A DNA stretch of 64,000 bases from Lytechinus pictus (lineage: Eukaryota). Location of the stretch: NCBI RefSeq assembly GCF_037042905.1, contig NC_087245.1, forward strand, positions 40,488,001-40,552,000, given 5' to 3'. Position 1 is the stretch's first letter. The number at the start of each line of letters is the position of its first letter. Shown in pieces: positions 1 through 14,100 of the stretch. The position numbers were made by a program, and so were the translations under genes. The notes beneath the pieces were generated by a model. It had not been told where the DNA came from. It saw only the letters and a program-made list of their open reading frames with translations, and did no database searches.

Positions 1-336
1 CTCTGAACCTCTATCTCCAGAAGCAATTGTTGCTGGAGCAAAATAAAGTCTTGAGTCACCACTTAGTATAATGTTAATGTAATGTTTTAAAGTAATGTTA
101 GTTTTCTTTCGTTAACATTGTTTTGGGGTCAGCAACTTAGAAGTCCCCCATGGACTTCTTGGCTGATCTTCATTCATGTATTAACTTATTGGCTATTGTG
201 TATTTGATGTAAAAATTTGAATTGTTTTTTAATTGTTTTTTAATGAAATAAAGATTGAATTGAATTGATAACGATGTTGTCTACCCCCCCCCTTTATTGG
301 TTTCTCTTTATTTAATGTTGGATGTATTTTCTGTAG

Positions 337-3300
337 GTGTTACATAATCTGAGTATGTGGAGTGCAGGACAAAAGAAGATGGATGCAGAACAGATGAATA
401 TAGATGCCAAGAATGCAAAGAAAGATCTCAAGTTGGTGAGTACACACAAAAAAATCTGGGGCACGTTGCAGAAAGAGTTGCAATCAAACGCAACTCTAAA
501 TATCATACGCAACTCTAAATATCATGCGCAACTTCATTTTCAACAAATCAACAGCGCGCATTTTGGACTTGCGATTGATTTTTTGACTTGCGTTTAAACG
601 CAACTCTTTCCAGATCTTCCTACTTCTTATGGGGTGTTGCAAGAAACTTGCGATCAATTGCAAGTCAATTTTTGGTCCCTAAATTAATCATATGTCTTGC
701 AATTGATTGCAAATTTGTGATTGATTGCTAATCTGCTCCTTGAAACAAGGAGTGTAATCTATTTGTTCCAGCTAAAACTGATCTATCAACTGTAAAATTG
801 CAACAGAATTTTTGCAATTGATTGCAAATATTTTCTTGCAACACCCCCTTAATCACATAATTTCCTAAAAGTTTTATATAAGATAATGTGTTATTCTCAA
901 TTTTATTTATTTTCTTCTGTGATTGTAATATACACATCTTGGGTTTGTTATGTATATCTGATTTTCTTTTTTTTCTGTTTCTCTATCTCTTTTATTTGTC
1001 TTTTCTGTTTGCCTGTGATCCACTGTTTGCTTGTCATTGTCTTGTTTGAGCTGTTGTCTCTCTGTGTATACACATCTGTCTGTTCTAGACCAGGACCCTG
1101 CCTTTAAAATGCTTGTGATAGCTTCAGAGCAAACTATAATTGCCATTGATCACAATTCCTCTATCTTAAACTCACAAATTTAGATCAGTCTCTTCTTGTG
1201 ATTGATTTGCAATTCATGGTGTGACCGACCCCAGATTCTACGAAATAGGTGTAATTTATCTCTTACCCTTAAGGAGTATTCTGTCGTTTTGTGGTCCCAA
1301 TAGATTCTATTTCTATGTGGGGGTGGTGTGGTCTAGTGGTTACGACTCTTGTCTTTCAGTCAGAGGGACGTGGGTTCAAATCCCAGCCATGGTGTGTTTT
1401 GTTAGCAAGAAATTTGCCAACATTGTGCTGCACTTGACCCAGGTGAGGGGAATGGGTACCTGGTAGGATCTATTCCTTGACGCTTTAGCGCTGATATGGC
1501 GACTCGGCTACGGCCAGGGTAATAACATGACTCCAAGTATCAAAGCGCAGTTTATGCACATAGTAACTGCGCTATATAAATTGAGATATTATCAGTATTT
1601 ACGTAGGTAGATTTACTTTCTTTTTCCTTTCCTCTTTACAGGGTCCATGGGACGTAGCCAGGCAAGTGTTCTCATCCAAAGACCTCAAGACGATGAGCTT
1701 CAACGAGAAGATGGACCTGTTCTTCCACGATTACTCCATCGCTGGACTCTTTGTGCAGGAGAATTATCTCAGTGTAATACCAAACGAAGGAAGGTAAGAC
1801 ATGATGAAATACGGTGCTATCAGACGTAACCACCTCTTTTGATTTAAAGCATTAACCTCTTGACAGAAAAGAATTGTTAGTTTTGTGTTACTGTCTTCAT
1901 TATTCACTAAGGCACACCATATTATAAAGTCAGATAAATTTGTAGATGATTTTTAAGGTTTTTTTCTCTTCCTGTAATTGCAGTTTCCTGATTTGTTTTT
2001 GTCCTGTTGATCACCATCATCAGCAGCATGATCACTATCATTATCATCATCATCATTATCTTTTTAATCTCCATCATCGTCATCACCAACATCATCATCA
2101 TCACCATCGTCACCGCCATATCATCTTAATCATCATTATCATCATCTTCATCAATGTCATCATCATCATAATCATCACCACCACCACCACCCCTAACTTC
2201 ATCATCATTGTCATGATGTCAGTATCGTTATCGTGTTGTTACTATTATTATGGTTATCTACTTCCAATTTTTTTTTCTTCCAGAGGAGACATCAAAAAGC
2301 ATTTAGATTTGGTGAGTAAAGCAGCTGACAGCATGTGCCAAAGTGACTTAGTGGAGAAAGCCATAAGATCAAGAAGCGCTTGGAGATTACTACCAACACA
2401 GGTACATGATTATTCCTTTTCCCCTCGTCTGATCCCCCTCCCTGTCTCCACAATTTTCATGTTCAACTTCTAATTTGCTGTTGTGCCTTTTCTTGTTCTT
2501 TTTGTTGTATGAAGTTAACCAACACAGATAAGCACATGTTGGACAGTGTATTATTATTTCATGGAACAAGACCCAACGTCATGGTTAAATTTTATGTTTG
2601 TTTGATAATTTTACAGCAATTGCTTGGTTGGTCATTTTATTGGATTCTGTATAAACTCATTTTGAAATCGTCAACACAGATGGCATTTGATTTTTGAAAT
2701 CATTTTCCTCATGCTGCAGGCCGTCTTTGCCAGCGTGATCCCAGGCACGACTATGCAAGGCTACATGGGCAGCATGATCAACTTCCCCAGCTGGCTTGGC
2801 AAGAACTCGTCAAGAGGGAAGAACTTCAGACTATTACAAGAATTGCAAGTTCATATGCGAAAAAGGTGATCAAATACACAAATGTCTATTCTGAAGATTT
2901 TTTAATAATACTTACTTATTAATTTGCTATATTTGAGTATTCAGTTATCTTTTCAAAGAATATAGCCACAATTTTTTTTGGCTCTCCTGCTCCCCCTTAA
3001 ATGGTGAAATAATTGATTGAAGTTTTAGTGCAGGAAATATGTGATTACAGATAATACAAAGTCTTAATAATCACATCTGTTCGAAATATGTCTAGGAATG
3101 CAGTATGCTGTAATATGTAAATCCATTCAAGTGAAAAATGAAAAAGGATAATGTTCACATTTCTCTCTGTCATAACCCCCCCCCACCTTCTCCAATCAGC
3201 GCATCGGTTTCGATCCAAAGCTTGAATCAGGAGTACCTGCCCCGCCTACGCAGATTCCTGACACAACCCCTGATAGAGAGGGAGGCAGACGGGGTGCCGG

Positions 3301-6300
3301 ATACCGTCAACTTGATGAACAGCTACAATCTGCTCAGAGAGGACTTTGACAGCCTGTTAGAAGTGACGCAATATTCTGGTTTCAATGCTCCTATGGGCAA
3401 AGTGGCTCAGAAGGTAGGCTTCTTATTCAAAATTCTTGAGGGGTCCAGAAACTACAAGTGTTTGCTTTTAAAGGGCCCAGCCACGGACAAATCATGGGGA
3501 AATTGAATCAATACAAAATTTGCAAAAGGCCAATTGACTTGCATAATATAATCCGTCCGTCATGAGCGCCCGTCGGACTAATGCGATAAAAGTTCGGACA
3601 ACACGAATTTGACCAAACTCATGATGGTTAGTTACTTCGGATCATCGCAGTTCCAGTTTCCAAAAATCCCAGTTCTTAGACTCATAGCAGGTCTCTTGAT
3701 TGCTAAACCAAAATAAATAACCTCTGTGAAGTTACATGTTTCAAAGTGAAAACACGGAGTTTACTTCTGGTTGGTTAGTCTACTAACTATTGCTTTCCTA
3801 TAGACCTCCCAGACATGTCGGCGTCTATTACATAACACCCCCAGGCATGCAGCCGAGTGAAAGACTTGAATCCCTTCTCTGTTCTGAGATTAGCCTTGAT
3901 TTCCCCATGATTTGTTAATGAAAGGTCGCTTTAAAGTGGATCTCTCCGCTTCCACAGATGTTGATCATGTATGATAATTTGTTCTAATAAAAATGTAAAA
4001 AAATACAAGTATATGTATTTATATCTTGATTTATTTAGTTTTCATGATTATATATACAATGAGATTGTAATACTTCTTCTTTTCTGTTGGAGATGAAATA
4101 TATAAAAAATTCAAATTCCAAACCCTTCAAAGACATGATTTTGATGCCTGAACATGGAGAGGGGGGGGGGGGGGTAATTTAAACATGTATATGATCATTA
4201 CATCATTGCCCCATTGCATGAAATCAACCATTCATAGTTACCTTATCTTCAATAGCAGCAGCAACAGGGTTGAAAAATGAATGAAAATCAATATTTCTAT
4301 CGCAAGGAGAAATGATTCTGAGAGAAAGGATTCAACGTCACAATTGTTAGCACTCCGTCATATACAGGGGCCTATTTCATAACGACTTACAACTACATGT
4401 TGTAAATTGGACCATGGAAAGCTTGATTGTGATTGGCTGATAAGGCCTGTTACCATGGAAATTGCCAAAATGGCTCAGTTACCACAGTCCTAATTCATTA
4501 TGAAAATGTTACTTCTAGTAAGTTCTGACCTACGTTTGCTTTAACCAAATATAAAAACAATGGAGTCTAGAATGAAGGCATGGTATGCTGAAACTCTCTG
4601 ACACAGATTAGCACATGTGGGAACATGATTTAAAATCATTTGGTAAATGACGAGTCAGCCCAGCAGAATGCTATGCGTATTTGCGTATTGTAGTGTGTGC
4701 TGTGCTTAAAGATAAATGCCAGTTGTTGTAGCGATTTCAAAATGAGTTTGTACAGCATCTGATAAAATTACCACTCATACGATCTGTTTGCATAAATAAA
4801 AAATATGTGCCAAATGATTCCAGGAGAAATTGTGTAATTGCCAAGAAATTAGCAAAATAAGCACAAGATTCGAGACAAATGTCAGTAATAATACACTGTC
4901 CCACGTGTGCTTATCTGTGTTGGCGATAGACAGAGTGATAGTATTTTTCAGCTTTAATAGATTTGAGGATGTTGCAAAGTTCAGTTTATGTAACTGTGCC
5001 AGATTTAGATCCACGATGATATAATGATTATTCTTGGTTTATGGACTTTCTCTTGAAATCAGTGTTTATGGCAACTACTTTCAATTACCTTTAAATGTTG
5101 CTCTTTCTTTCCTCTCTGTCAAGGTCAAAGCTGCCTTCACCAGAATGTACAACAAGGAGGCGCATGCAACACCCTACATGCAGGAGACAGGGGGTAAGAA
5201 GAAGAGAGGAAAGGGAGGAGGAGGAGGGGCAGCAGGAACAGAAGATGGTCTCATGAAAGTAGAAGGCGAGGACGAGGAGGGAACGCAGGAGGAAGAGGGT
5301 AGCGATGACGACGATGTCAGTGCTCTGAGGGTGAGTTGATACGGCTACGGATACGGCCTACTCAAACATGAAATTTGAAGATAACGTGTCAGTTGTGTTT
5401 TTTTTCCTTTGAACAAATGTGTTTGATAACATTATACCTAACCCATATTCAGCTCATCTCATCTGGTTTACAGTCCTTTTCAGGACTTCACTCACTTTCA
5501 AGAAATGAATACTTCTAATTTCCTCTTTTCATCCTTTCTCGTCTTTCCATTTCAATCTTTCTGCCTGTATTTCCTTCCCTTCTTCATGTAACATTATACC
5601 TATTTGAAAATGTATGCCGTATTACAAGATCAACTCCCGTTCAATTTTTTTTTTCAAGTTTAAGTTTAGTCGGTGAAAGTTAACTTGTCTCATTAATGTT
5701 ATCCTGACCAGATAGTCTAAGCGGAGTTCTGCTCTCTAGTGCGGGAGAAAGGGCAAGTTTGGAGGATTACCTTTGATCTGACAAACCTGATTCTCATTGA
5801 GACTTTCTCTTTCTGCTGGAGTCGGTACACTTCTGAGGCGAGACGTCCTAGTATCTTCTTGAGCTTTGAAGGAAGGTCACTGCAGACGGTGATGCATGAA
5901 TATTTCAGATATCCTATCATCTGATGATTTGGCTGCTCTCTGGTGCAGTTGACACTCGACAGTGCGGAGCAGGTGATCTCGATCAAACATTGAAAAAAAA
6001 GGCAATTGATGATCAGGCTGTGCCCAGGTTCTGGCCAAGGTTGGCCAATCATTTGCTTGGCAGTTCTGTACTAAGTGTAGGAAAATGATGAGCATTTACG
6101 AGGAGTATCTTCCGAGAATCTTCCGGGGCAATCCTCAAGGAGTGGCACAAAATTTCCTAAACATTGTCAATTATATTCTCATTTTGCTTGTCGGGAATTT
6201 CACATAAGGGAAGACTTTATTATGATGGTGGATTTCCATCAGTGTAAGCTTTGAATCAATCTCTTCTTCTTGCTTTTAATTTCTTTTCTTTAAGAGTGGG

Positions 6301-8141
6301 ATTTGATACTTCTCTTTGGCTGAAAGTTTGTCAGTGATGAAGATGACCTTCATGTCAACTTCTGATATTGATTTCTTTCTGCAATATCACATTTGATAGT
6401 CACTTATTCAGTTTAAAAGTGATCCTGTTTCACTGGTCGAGAGAATTCATTTCAGCCATGCTGTTAAGCAATGGCCCCGCACTCATGCCACTCAAATCAA
6501 AAGTTGAAGCTGCTTTGCTTATTATAGCTTTTTCTGGAGCTTAGGTATCAATGGCGTTGGAGGTAGCCATAACTGATTTTGAATATTATTATGAAGATTT
6601 AGTTTGTTTCTTCCCTTTATTATTTTTTTCTTTAGATTTGTTTGGTATAGATTATAGTCAGACATTGCTGGCAATAAATACTTACTCATGATTGATAATT
6701 ATGGTAAATTGATGTGCCACCGATGAGAAGATTTCAATAACAATGCATTTGCGGGCTAGAGCTCTACTCAGACACACGTCCATTAACTCCAAATGCATAG
6801 CGATTGACAGAATAAATAATGTGGAAATCAGTGCTTGCAAATGTTTCTGGACTATTTCTGTGAAATGACCAACAGTTTTGTAGGTCCAACCCTATTTTCT
6901 TTAGGGATGCCACTTTTCCGTATTTATACGGAATTCCGGCTTTTTTCCTACTATCTGTCTTATTTCCGTATTTCCGACTTTTCCTGTTTTCTGTGTATTA
7001 AAAAAATCAGAAATTCCTCCTTTTTTCCCCTTATCTCTCCCGATTGCGATGCATGTCGATCGACCGAGTGAGAGATCTTTCCCCAAGATATTTGCTTTTA
7101 TACAGTACATAATTTATAAACGCACGCACTGCCTACTACGTTCATTGAGTTATGCTTTTATCAAGGCTTTCTGATTAGAATTCTCGATATCCTGGCCAAT
7201 CAATGCGAGCAACAAGTTCCGAACGCACGCACATAGACAAGCGCAAAGCAGCGGCACGAATCGCGGTATAATAGCGACTGGTAAATACGTCTGTAAAGAT
7301 GATGACGTCATCCAAGATGGCAACTTACGATGACCAACGAAGGAATCGAGGATGACTAAGTTTTGATCATCATTTGAAAGGAATTAGCGGTAACTGCGGT
7401 CTAAGGTACGATGTTTCTGAATTTCATATATTTTCTCGTAAGTTTGGATGTAATTATTTTTTTATAATGTGACATTTTATGTACCAAAAACGATCTGAAA
7501 ATCGGGTTTCCGCCGAATGTTGGATCTAACGTTACTGCTGCATGCTGATACGGAACCCAGGGAGCTCTGGCCCCGAAAGTGGGCCGGAGCTCCCTGCGGC
7601 TGCGTTAGCTGATACGTTGTCTTTATGTAAGGGCCAACAACTCTTCAGTCTATGTATTGGTGAGTGGAGCCAACGCGGTTCAGCTGAACAACCAAAATAC
7701 AGAGACTGAAGCTTTTGGTCTAGCGTTCTATGAGAAACACACAACAACTAACTACCGTCAGTTTTTCAAACCTAATTGACTTCAAAGTCATCAATCACAA
7801 CAAGGTAAAGAAGCCACTTGGTCCTCCCCCTCCCCTAAATTTGAGGTGGGGGCCGGAGCTCCCTGCGGCTGCGTTAGCTGATACGTTGTCTTTATGTACG
7901 GGCCAACAACTCTTCAGTCTATGTATTGGTGAGTGGAGCCAACGCGGTTCAGCTGAACAACCAAAATACAGAGACTGAAGCTTTTGGTCTAGCGTTCTAT
8001 GAGAAACACACAACAACTAACTACTGTCAGTTTTTCAAACCTAATTGACTTCAAAGTCATCGATCACAACAAGGTAAAGAAGCCACTTGGTCCTCCCCCC
8101 TCCCCTAAATTTGAGGTGGGGGCAGACCCCCCCCCCTCCTA

Positions 8142-8175
<34 letters not shown>

Positions 8176-11100
8176 GCTTGTCCAATTTTTTACCTGTGTC
8201 CATCCCAAAATTTAAGGTGGACCCCCCTAAATTTTTTTTTTCTTGGACACTGTCCCGGCCTGCGATAAGTTTCAGTATTTTTGGAGGACACCTAGTGGCA
8301 TCCCTGTTTCTTACATTCTTAATTTAGATCATGACCTACTCAAGCCGTGATAATTTGAGGGCAGTACATTCATATCAACTGGAAAACAGAGACAAATTGT
8401 ATCAGGACCTACATGTTTTAGGGAATTGTCCTTCTTAACAGATGAATGATGACATATCAATGTTCTTCATCATGTGAATAAGTTGTTTATCCTTGAATTT
8501 AATGCTTGGATTTATAGAACACTTTATATTCTATACTTTGACTTGTGAGATGTATCTACCCCATCCAAGTATTTCCTTTCAGTTAAGACTGTTATTGCAT
8601 CACATTTTCCATTTGCCATTCTAATACATTCAGGGATAATTGGGATTAAATAGTTTGGATGATAATAATAATGAAAAAAACAGATGTTATATAGTGCATA
8701 TCATATAATGTTACAATGTTTCTATGCACTTCAGAGCAAAATGAAAAGAAAATAATGTAATGTTGGGTCCTTGTTGCTCAATGGAGTTACATTTTAATAA
8801 GAGATCTTTCAAAGCAGTTTGAAATTCGTTTAGATCAATTTTAACGACTTCTTAACTCTTGCACTCATGAGTTATCATTCGAAGAACAAAGACATTGTGA
8901 AAGCTGCCCAAAAATTGTCTTTTCAAGAATCATTCTTAAAGGAGAATGAAACTTTTGGAACAAGATAGCTTGTGTGAAAACAGAAAAATCTAAGAAACAG
9001 ATCAACAAAAGTTTGAGAAAAATCGGACAAATAATGAGAAAGTTATGAGCACTTGAATATTGCGATCACTAATGCTATGGAGATCCTCACATTGGCAATG
9101 CGACAAATATGTGTGATGTCACTTGTGAACAACTCTCCCCATTACTTTAGTGTATATTTCACTTAAGCTGCCTCTTTTATCACATCTATTAGTAGATCAT
9201 GTATTCTTTTTATAGGAGGGCATGTAATACAGATTTTTAAAGAATACATCATGGATAAAGAGTTTGTATCACCATGAGAAAAAGCAAAAAGAGACATTTT
9301 GGGGGTATTTCATAGTCGACCAAAGGGAAAGTTGTTCACATGTGACATCACACATCCTTGTCGCATTGCCAATGGGAGGATCTCGATCGCATTAGTGATT
9401 GCAATATTCAAATGCTCATAACTTTCTCATTATTTTTCAGATTTTTCTCAAACTTTCTTTGTTCTTATTCTTTGATTTTTCTGTTTCGACAGAAGCCTAC
9501 TTGTTCCAAAGGTTTCATTCCCCTTTAAGTAAAAAAGTTTAATCTTGAGTTTTATTTCTTTCTTATAGAGAATTGAATTGAGCTGAATTTACTCTGTTTC
9601 TTTTATGAACCCCCTTATATAATAATTTTCATGTGAGAAATTTCTTTTTTTTTTTCATGAAATCAAACTTATTTTGGTAAGCTTTTGCTTGTGAGACTGC
9701 AATCTTTGTCAGACCTTTGGCATAGTTGCTGATTCAGCATGATAAAGTATGGAAATGGGATTGAACGTAGAGGAGAGAACATATTGTCCAAATTCTCTCC
9801 ATATTTTTTTTTTTTTTTTTTTTTGGGGGGGGGGGGGCATAAATGTGAATAGCCTCTCCTATTCCATTTTAGACTAGACACATTCTGGAAAAACAGGCCT
9901 ATATAAACTTTAAGAAGCATTTTGGGGTAAAAGTTGGAAATCGGACTGTTTCACTCAATTCAAATATGCTGAATCTGATAAGATCGGTTCCCAAGCTAAT
10001 TTCTCATGTTTTGACCACCTAATTTGCATAAACAAAATGGCTGCCAAATTGACAATTCAGAATATTATTTCGACAATGTTCTTTAATTATATTCGCTTTC
10101 ACAGACATGAATACTGCAAAATCCTGCATACATACGTGTACCTTTCGGGAAAACTTGTTATTTTTGTTTGCGGCTAATTAATTATGCAAATTTATTCATA
10201 TTTTGGATCATTATGCTATAATTTGATAATTTCAGCTCAATTGTTTATATTTTTGGTACAAATAGCATTTACATCATTATAAATAATTGTACGGCCCTTA
10301 GAATATAATATCACAGTGAATAATAATGTATTTTATTGTTTTTGAATTTCTTATGTATTTCTTTGTATTTTGTACCATTTGTTTTGTACATGTTTTGTTA
10401 TGGGATCTGTCAAATTATTGATTATCAGTGGCAGAAAATAATAAGCTTCAATTATTTAATTAATTATGTAATCACTTTTTTATTCGCATATATCCATGGG
10501 CATAAACAGATTCACCCACTCCCACACCCACATCTGCATACAAAGGTAAACTCCTGCACGGAGGGCCTTCCCATTTAAAAGCACAATGGTGGAGATCCAA
10601 CGAATTTCATGAACATATCTGTATTCAAGCGAATGTCACTATTAATTGCTTATATTTTTATTATAAAATGGTATCTTGAATTATGATATCAATCAATTCA
10701 TTCATATTTACAATTTTAGATTATGAATTATTAAATTTGAATCATAACAGTACTGTAATTCTCAACTCCTTAATAGTCAATCAGTTGCATTTAATATCCT
10801 TTGGAGTAGTTATGTTCCCGACCAACAGAATCTGATCACACATATACATGTATATATATTTAGTGTGTTTTTCTTCAGCAAAATGAAGTGAAAACCGTCT
10901 GCTGAACATGAGATGTCCTGTGTTTTTCTCCATTACGCTCGTCAAATTGTCCCAATATTGAAAAAAATTATTAGAACTGAACCCACATATAATCCATCTA
11001 ATTTCTCATTTTACCTATCAATTAGACCGTTTCCCGTGTTTTAAAAGCCAATTTTTTATCATTTGACTTCATGAACGGATTACATGTGTATCTCCATAAT

Positions 11101-14100
11101 ATATCTTTTCCAATGCAGTACTGCACCTGTCCTATCAAGGATTGCCGCTTCATCCAACTTAGAGGCATCCAGCTTCCCCCAGCTTGATATACACCTTTAC
11201 CTTCGGGGTGTTGAATGATCAATGTCAGTTATCATCGATTTGGTGTTCAATTGGATGGCTTTATTGATAGAGCAGCCTCATATTATAAAAGTCATCTCTA
11301 ACTGTTGAAATCAAACCAATTTAGTACAAGTATTCTGCGGAGGCAGTTCGTATCGAAGTCATCGTGTTTGTGTTCTTGAGATATGTCCGATTCTGATGTC
11401 ACAGATCCATAGAGAAAACCTAAACTTTTGTCTTGAGAGAGAATCTGCTGTCTAACCAGATCTTGTTTCAGGTGTTAAAATGCTCGGAATGCACCTTTTC
11501 AATACCGCAGTGAATTGTGTAATGTCTTCTAGGCCATTTATCGAACTTCTAATATTCACACATCTTCATAAGATAGACTATTTCAAATTGATAACGAAGA
11601 TATCTTTCAGAGGATGGTGGGTTCCTGGAATGTTTGGCGTTCCTGTGGGTGATTATTAATCCACTTATTTTGATCGGTATTAAACCCAACAGCATCCAAT
11701 AGCTTACCCAGCTCTGATAGGCTGCATGCGAGTCTGATATATCACCATCAAAGTCTAGGTCGAGAATTTCTTCGATTGTAGAGCCATGAGGAAAGCAGTT
11801 GCCTAAGTTATGTTTGACTTGTCAACCGGTTTTGATACCAGTGAACGTGTCATTCTTCTTGGGAGACTGACAGTCTGTTTTGGAATTGATGATTCTGCAC
11901 TCCAATGGCAGGTTTATCTTACCTTGCCAACAGAGCTGTATGAAGCTGTATTCATCACGGGCATGCAGTCTCCTGTGACTACCCTTTGATATGGAGTTCC
12001 TTGGGAGTCTGTCCTTGTCCCTTGTTCTTCAAACTGTACATCACTCCTCTTGGCTCTGTAATGTGGCAACATGGTGTTGGTATACACTTCTATGCTGATG
12101 ACATCCAGCTGTATACCTAACTTTTGATCCAAAAGGTAAATATACAGAGGTTCGTGCAGCTGATGTTGTTGGTGCTGCCATTGAGGATTCGATGTTGGAT
12201 AAAGGTCAACTTCCTGGAGCTTAACAATAAAAAGCGAAGTACCGGTATCTTGTTCTGTCATCTCCATATATGGGTAATTATTATGACTACAACTCCAATC
12301 TTAATAAATGAGGAAGCTATATATCTGCAGTATGCAAGGCTAGATCTCTTGGCGTAGTCTTTGATAGAACAATGAGCATGAAGAAACACACATCACATGT
12401 CTGCCAATCTGCATATTACCTGCTCCACAGAATTGCTGAGATCAGACATTGTCTTACATGAGGTGGTGCAGAAAATATCATCCATGACCGGATAACCTCT
12501 AGACTGGACTTCTGCAACTGTCTCCATGCTGGTTTACCTTCAACAGGCATCTCTAGCACTTTTTAACCATAGGTCACAATGTGAAAATTTGTTCTGCATT
12601 GGGCAGTGACTGGACTGGAAACCTTGTTTTGCCCATGTTTTAACCATGGAGCTAATCTGTGTTTAGCCCCATGTTTTTATCATTTCCTCTTCTGTATTCA
12701 GTATCGTTCGTCAAAGAATCTTCCAAGGTAAGGATTGGATAAAAGCTGTGGTTTTCAGTTTTCACTTTGATGGTTGACTTGGGGAAAATGTATCGTTGCC
12801 ACATAAATAAATAAATCGGTAATGACCAAAAAACTAGTAAGTGATCCAGTAATACAGACCCTTTGCATTTATTACAAATTGTTTTTTGGTTAACTGCCAT
12901 GATTGCAGTTCTGATGGAGCTGAATCAAAGATATAATTTTGCTACAAGGATAATAACAATGTACTGATACTTATATCCGATTGATAAACTGCACTGCGTA
13001 AATCATACGTTTAATTGATTATTTGATCTGTTATGAAACATTTTAATATATCTATTTCTAGAAATTTAAGTTCAGCATGATTACAGGTTTTCCAACTTCT
13101 AAACTCTTCTTTTCTTACGGGTTCATTGAATTTGGTAAGTGTCATGATTATAGGATCAGCATCAATGTTTTTATATTGGGCATGTCTACTATACCTTGCA
13201 AGTATATTACTTTCTATATACAGGTGTGGGTGTGGGAGCGTGTGTGTGTATTTGTTCCTGAGTACAATTAACAGTTGTGGCAAAAGAAGTTTATCAAATG
13301 ATTCAATCAGTGAAGCTCAATATTTGTCTGCCATTGATATTATTTTTTTAAAGATCTCATATTAAATATATACAAAGCAAATGGCAGAAAATACAAGAAC
13401 ACAAAAGAAATATCAAAGAACAATAAAATACATATAAAAATTGACTTGAATATTATATTAAAGGGCTAAACAATTATTATAATGATACAAATACTATTTG
13501 TACTCAAAACAATAAACATTTTAGGTGTAATTTTCAAATTATAGCATAATATTGCAAAATATGCATAAATTTGCATAATCAATTAGCCGCAAACAGAAAT
13601 AACAAATTTTCCCAAATGGTACATATTAAGTATGCAGGATTTTGCAGTATCCATATCGGTGAAAATGAATATTATAAAAGAATATTGTAGAAATAAGATT
13701 ATAAATTGTCAATTTGGCAGCCATTTTGTTCATGCAAATTAGGTGGTCAAAACATGAAAAATTGGCTTGGGAACCGGTTTTATCAGATTCAGCACATTCA
13801 AATTAGGTGAAGTAGACCGGTTCCCAACTTTTACCCCAAAATGCTCCTTGAACTCAAATTCTCCCCATATTGGTCTTGTCTATTTGGTAGACTTAACACT
13901 GTCTTGAGCTTCATCATTGTTTTGCATCAGCATCTTTGTCATCTTCATTGAAGCTTGCAGCCTATCAAGAGAAAACTTACTTCAAAAAAGAGAGAAAAAA
14001 TTTGTGATGGTGAGAAAAAGAATGTTCCTCATGTCATGCCAATCAGGGTCGTGTTCCATAAAGACTTGTTATGATGAAAAAAACACAATTTCTATAACAA

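Noticed and set aside
1922..2283. His/Ile-rich and Met-rich ORFs
   Set aside because: Translations of a (CAT)n microsatellite; only 2284-2401 is a true RFC1 exon.
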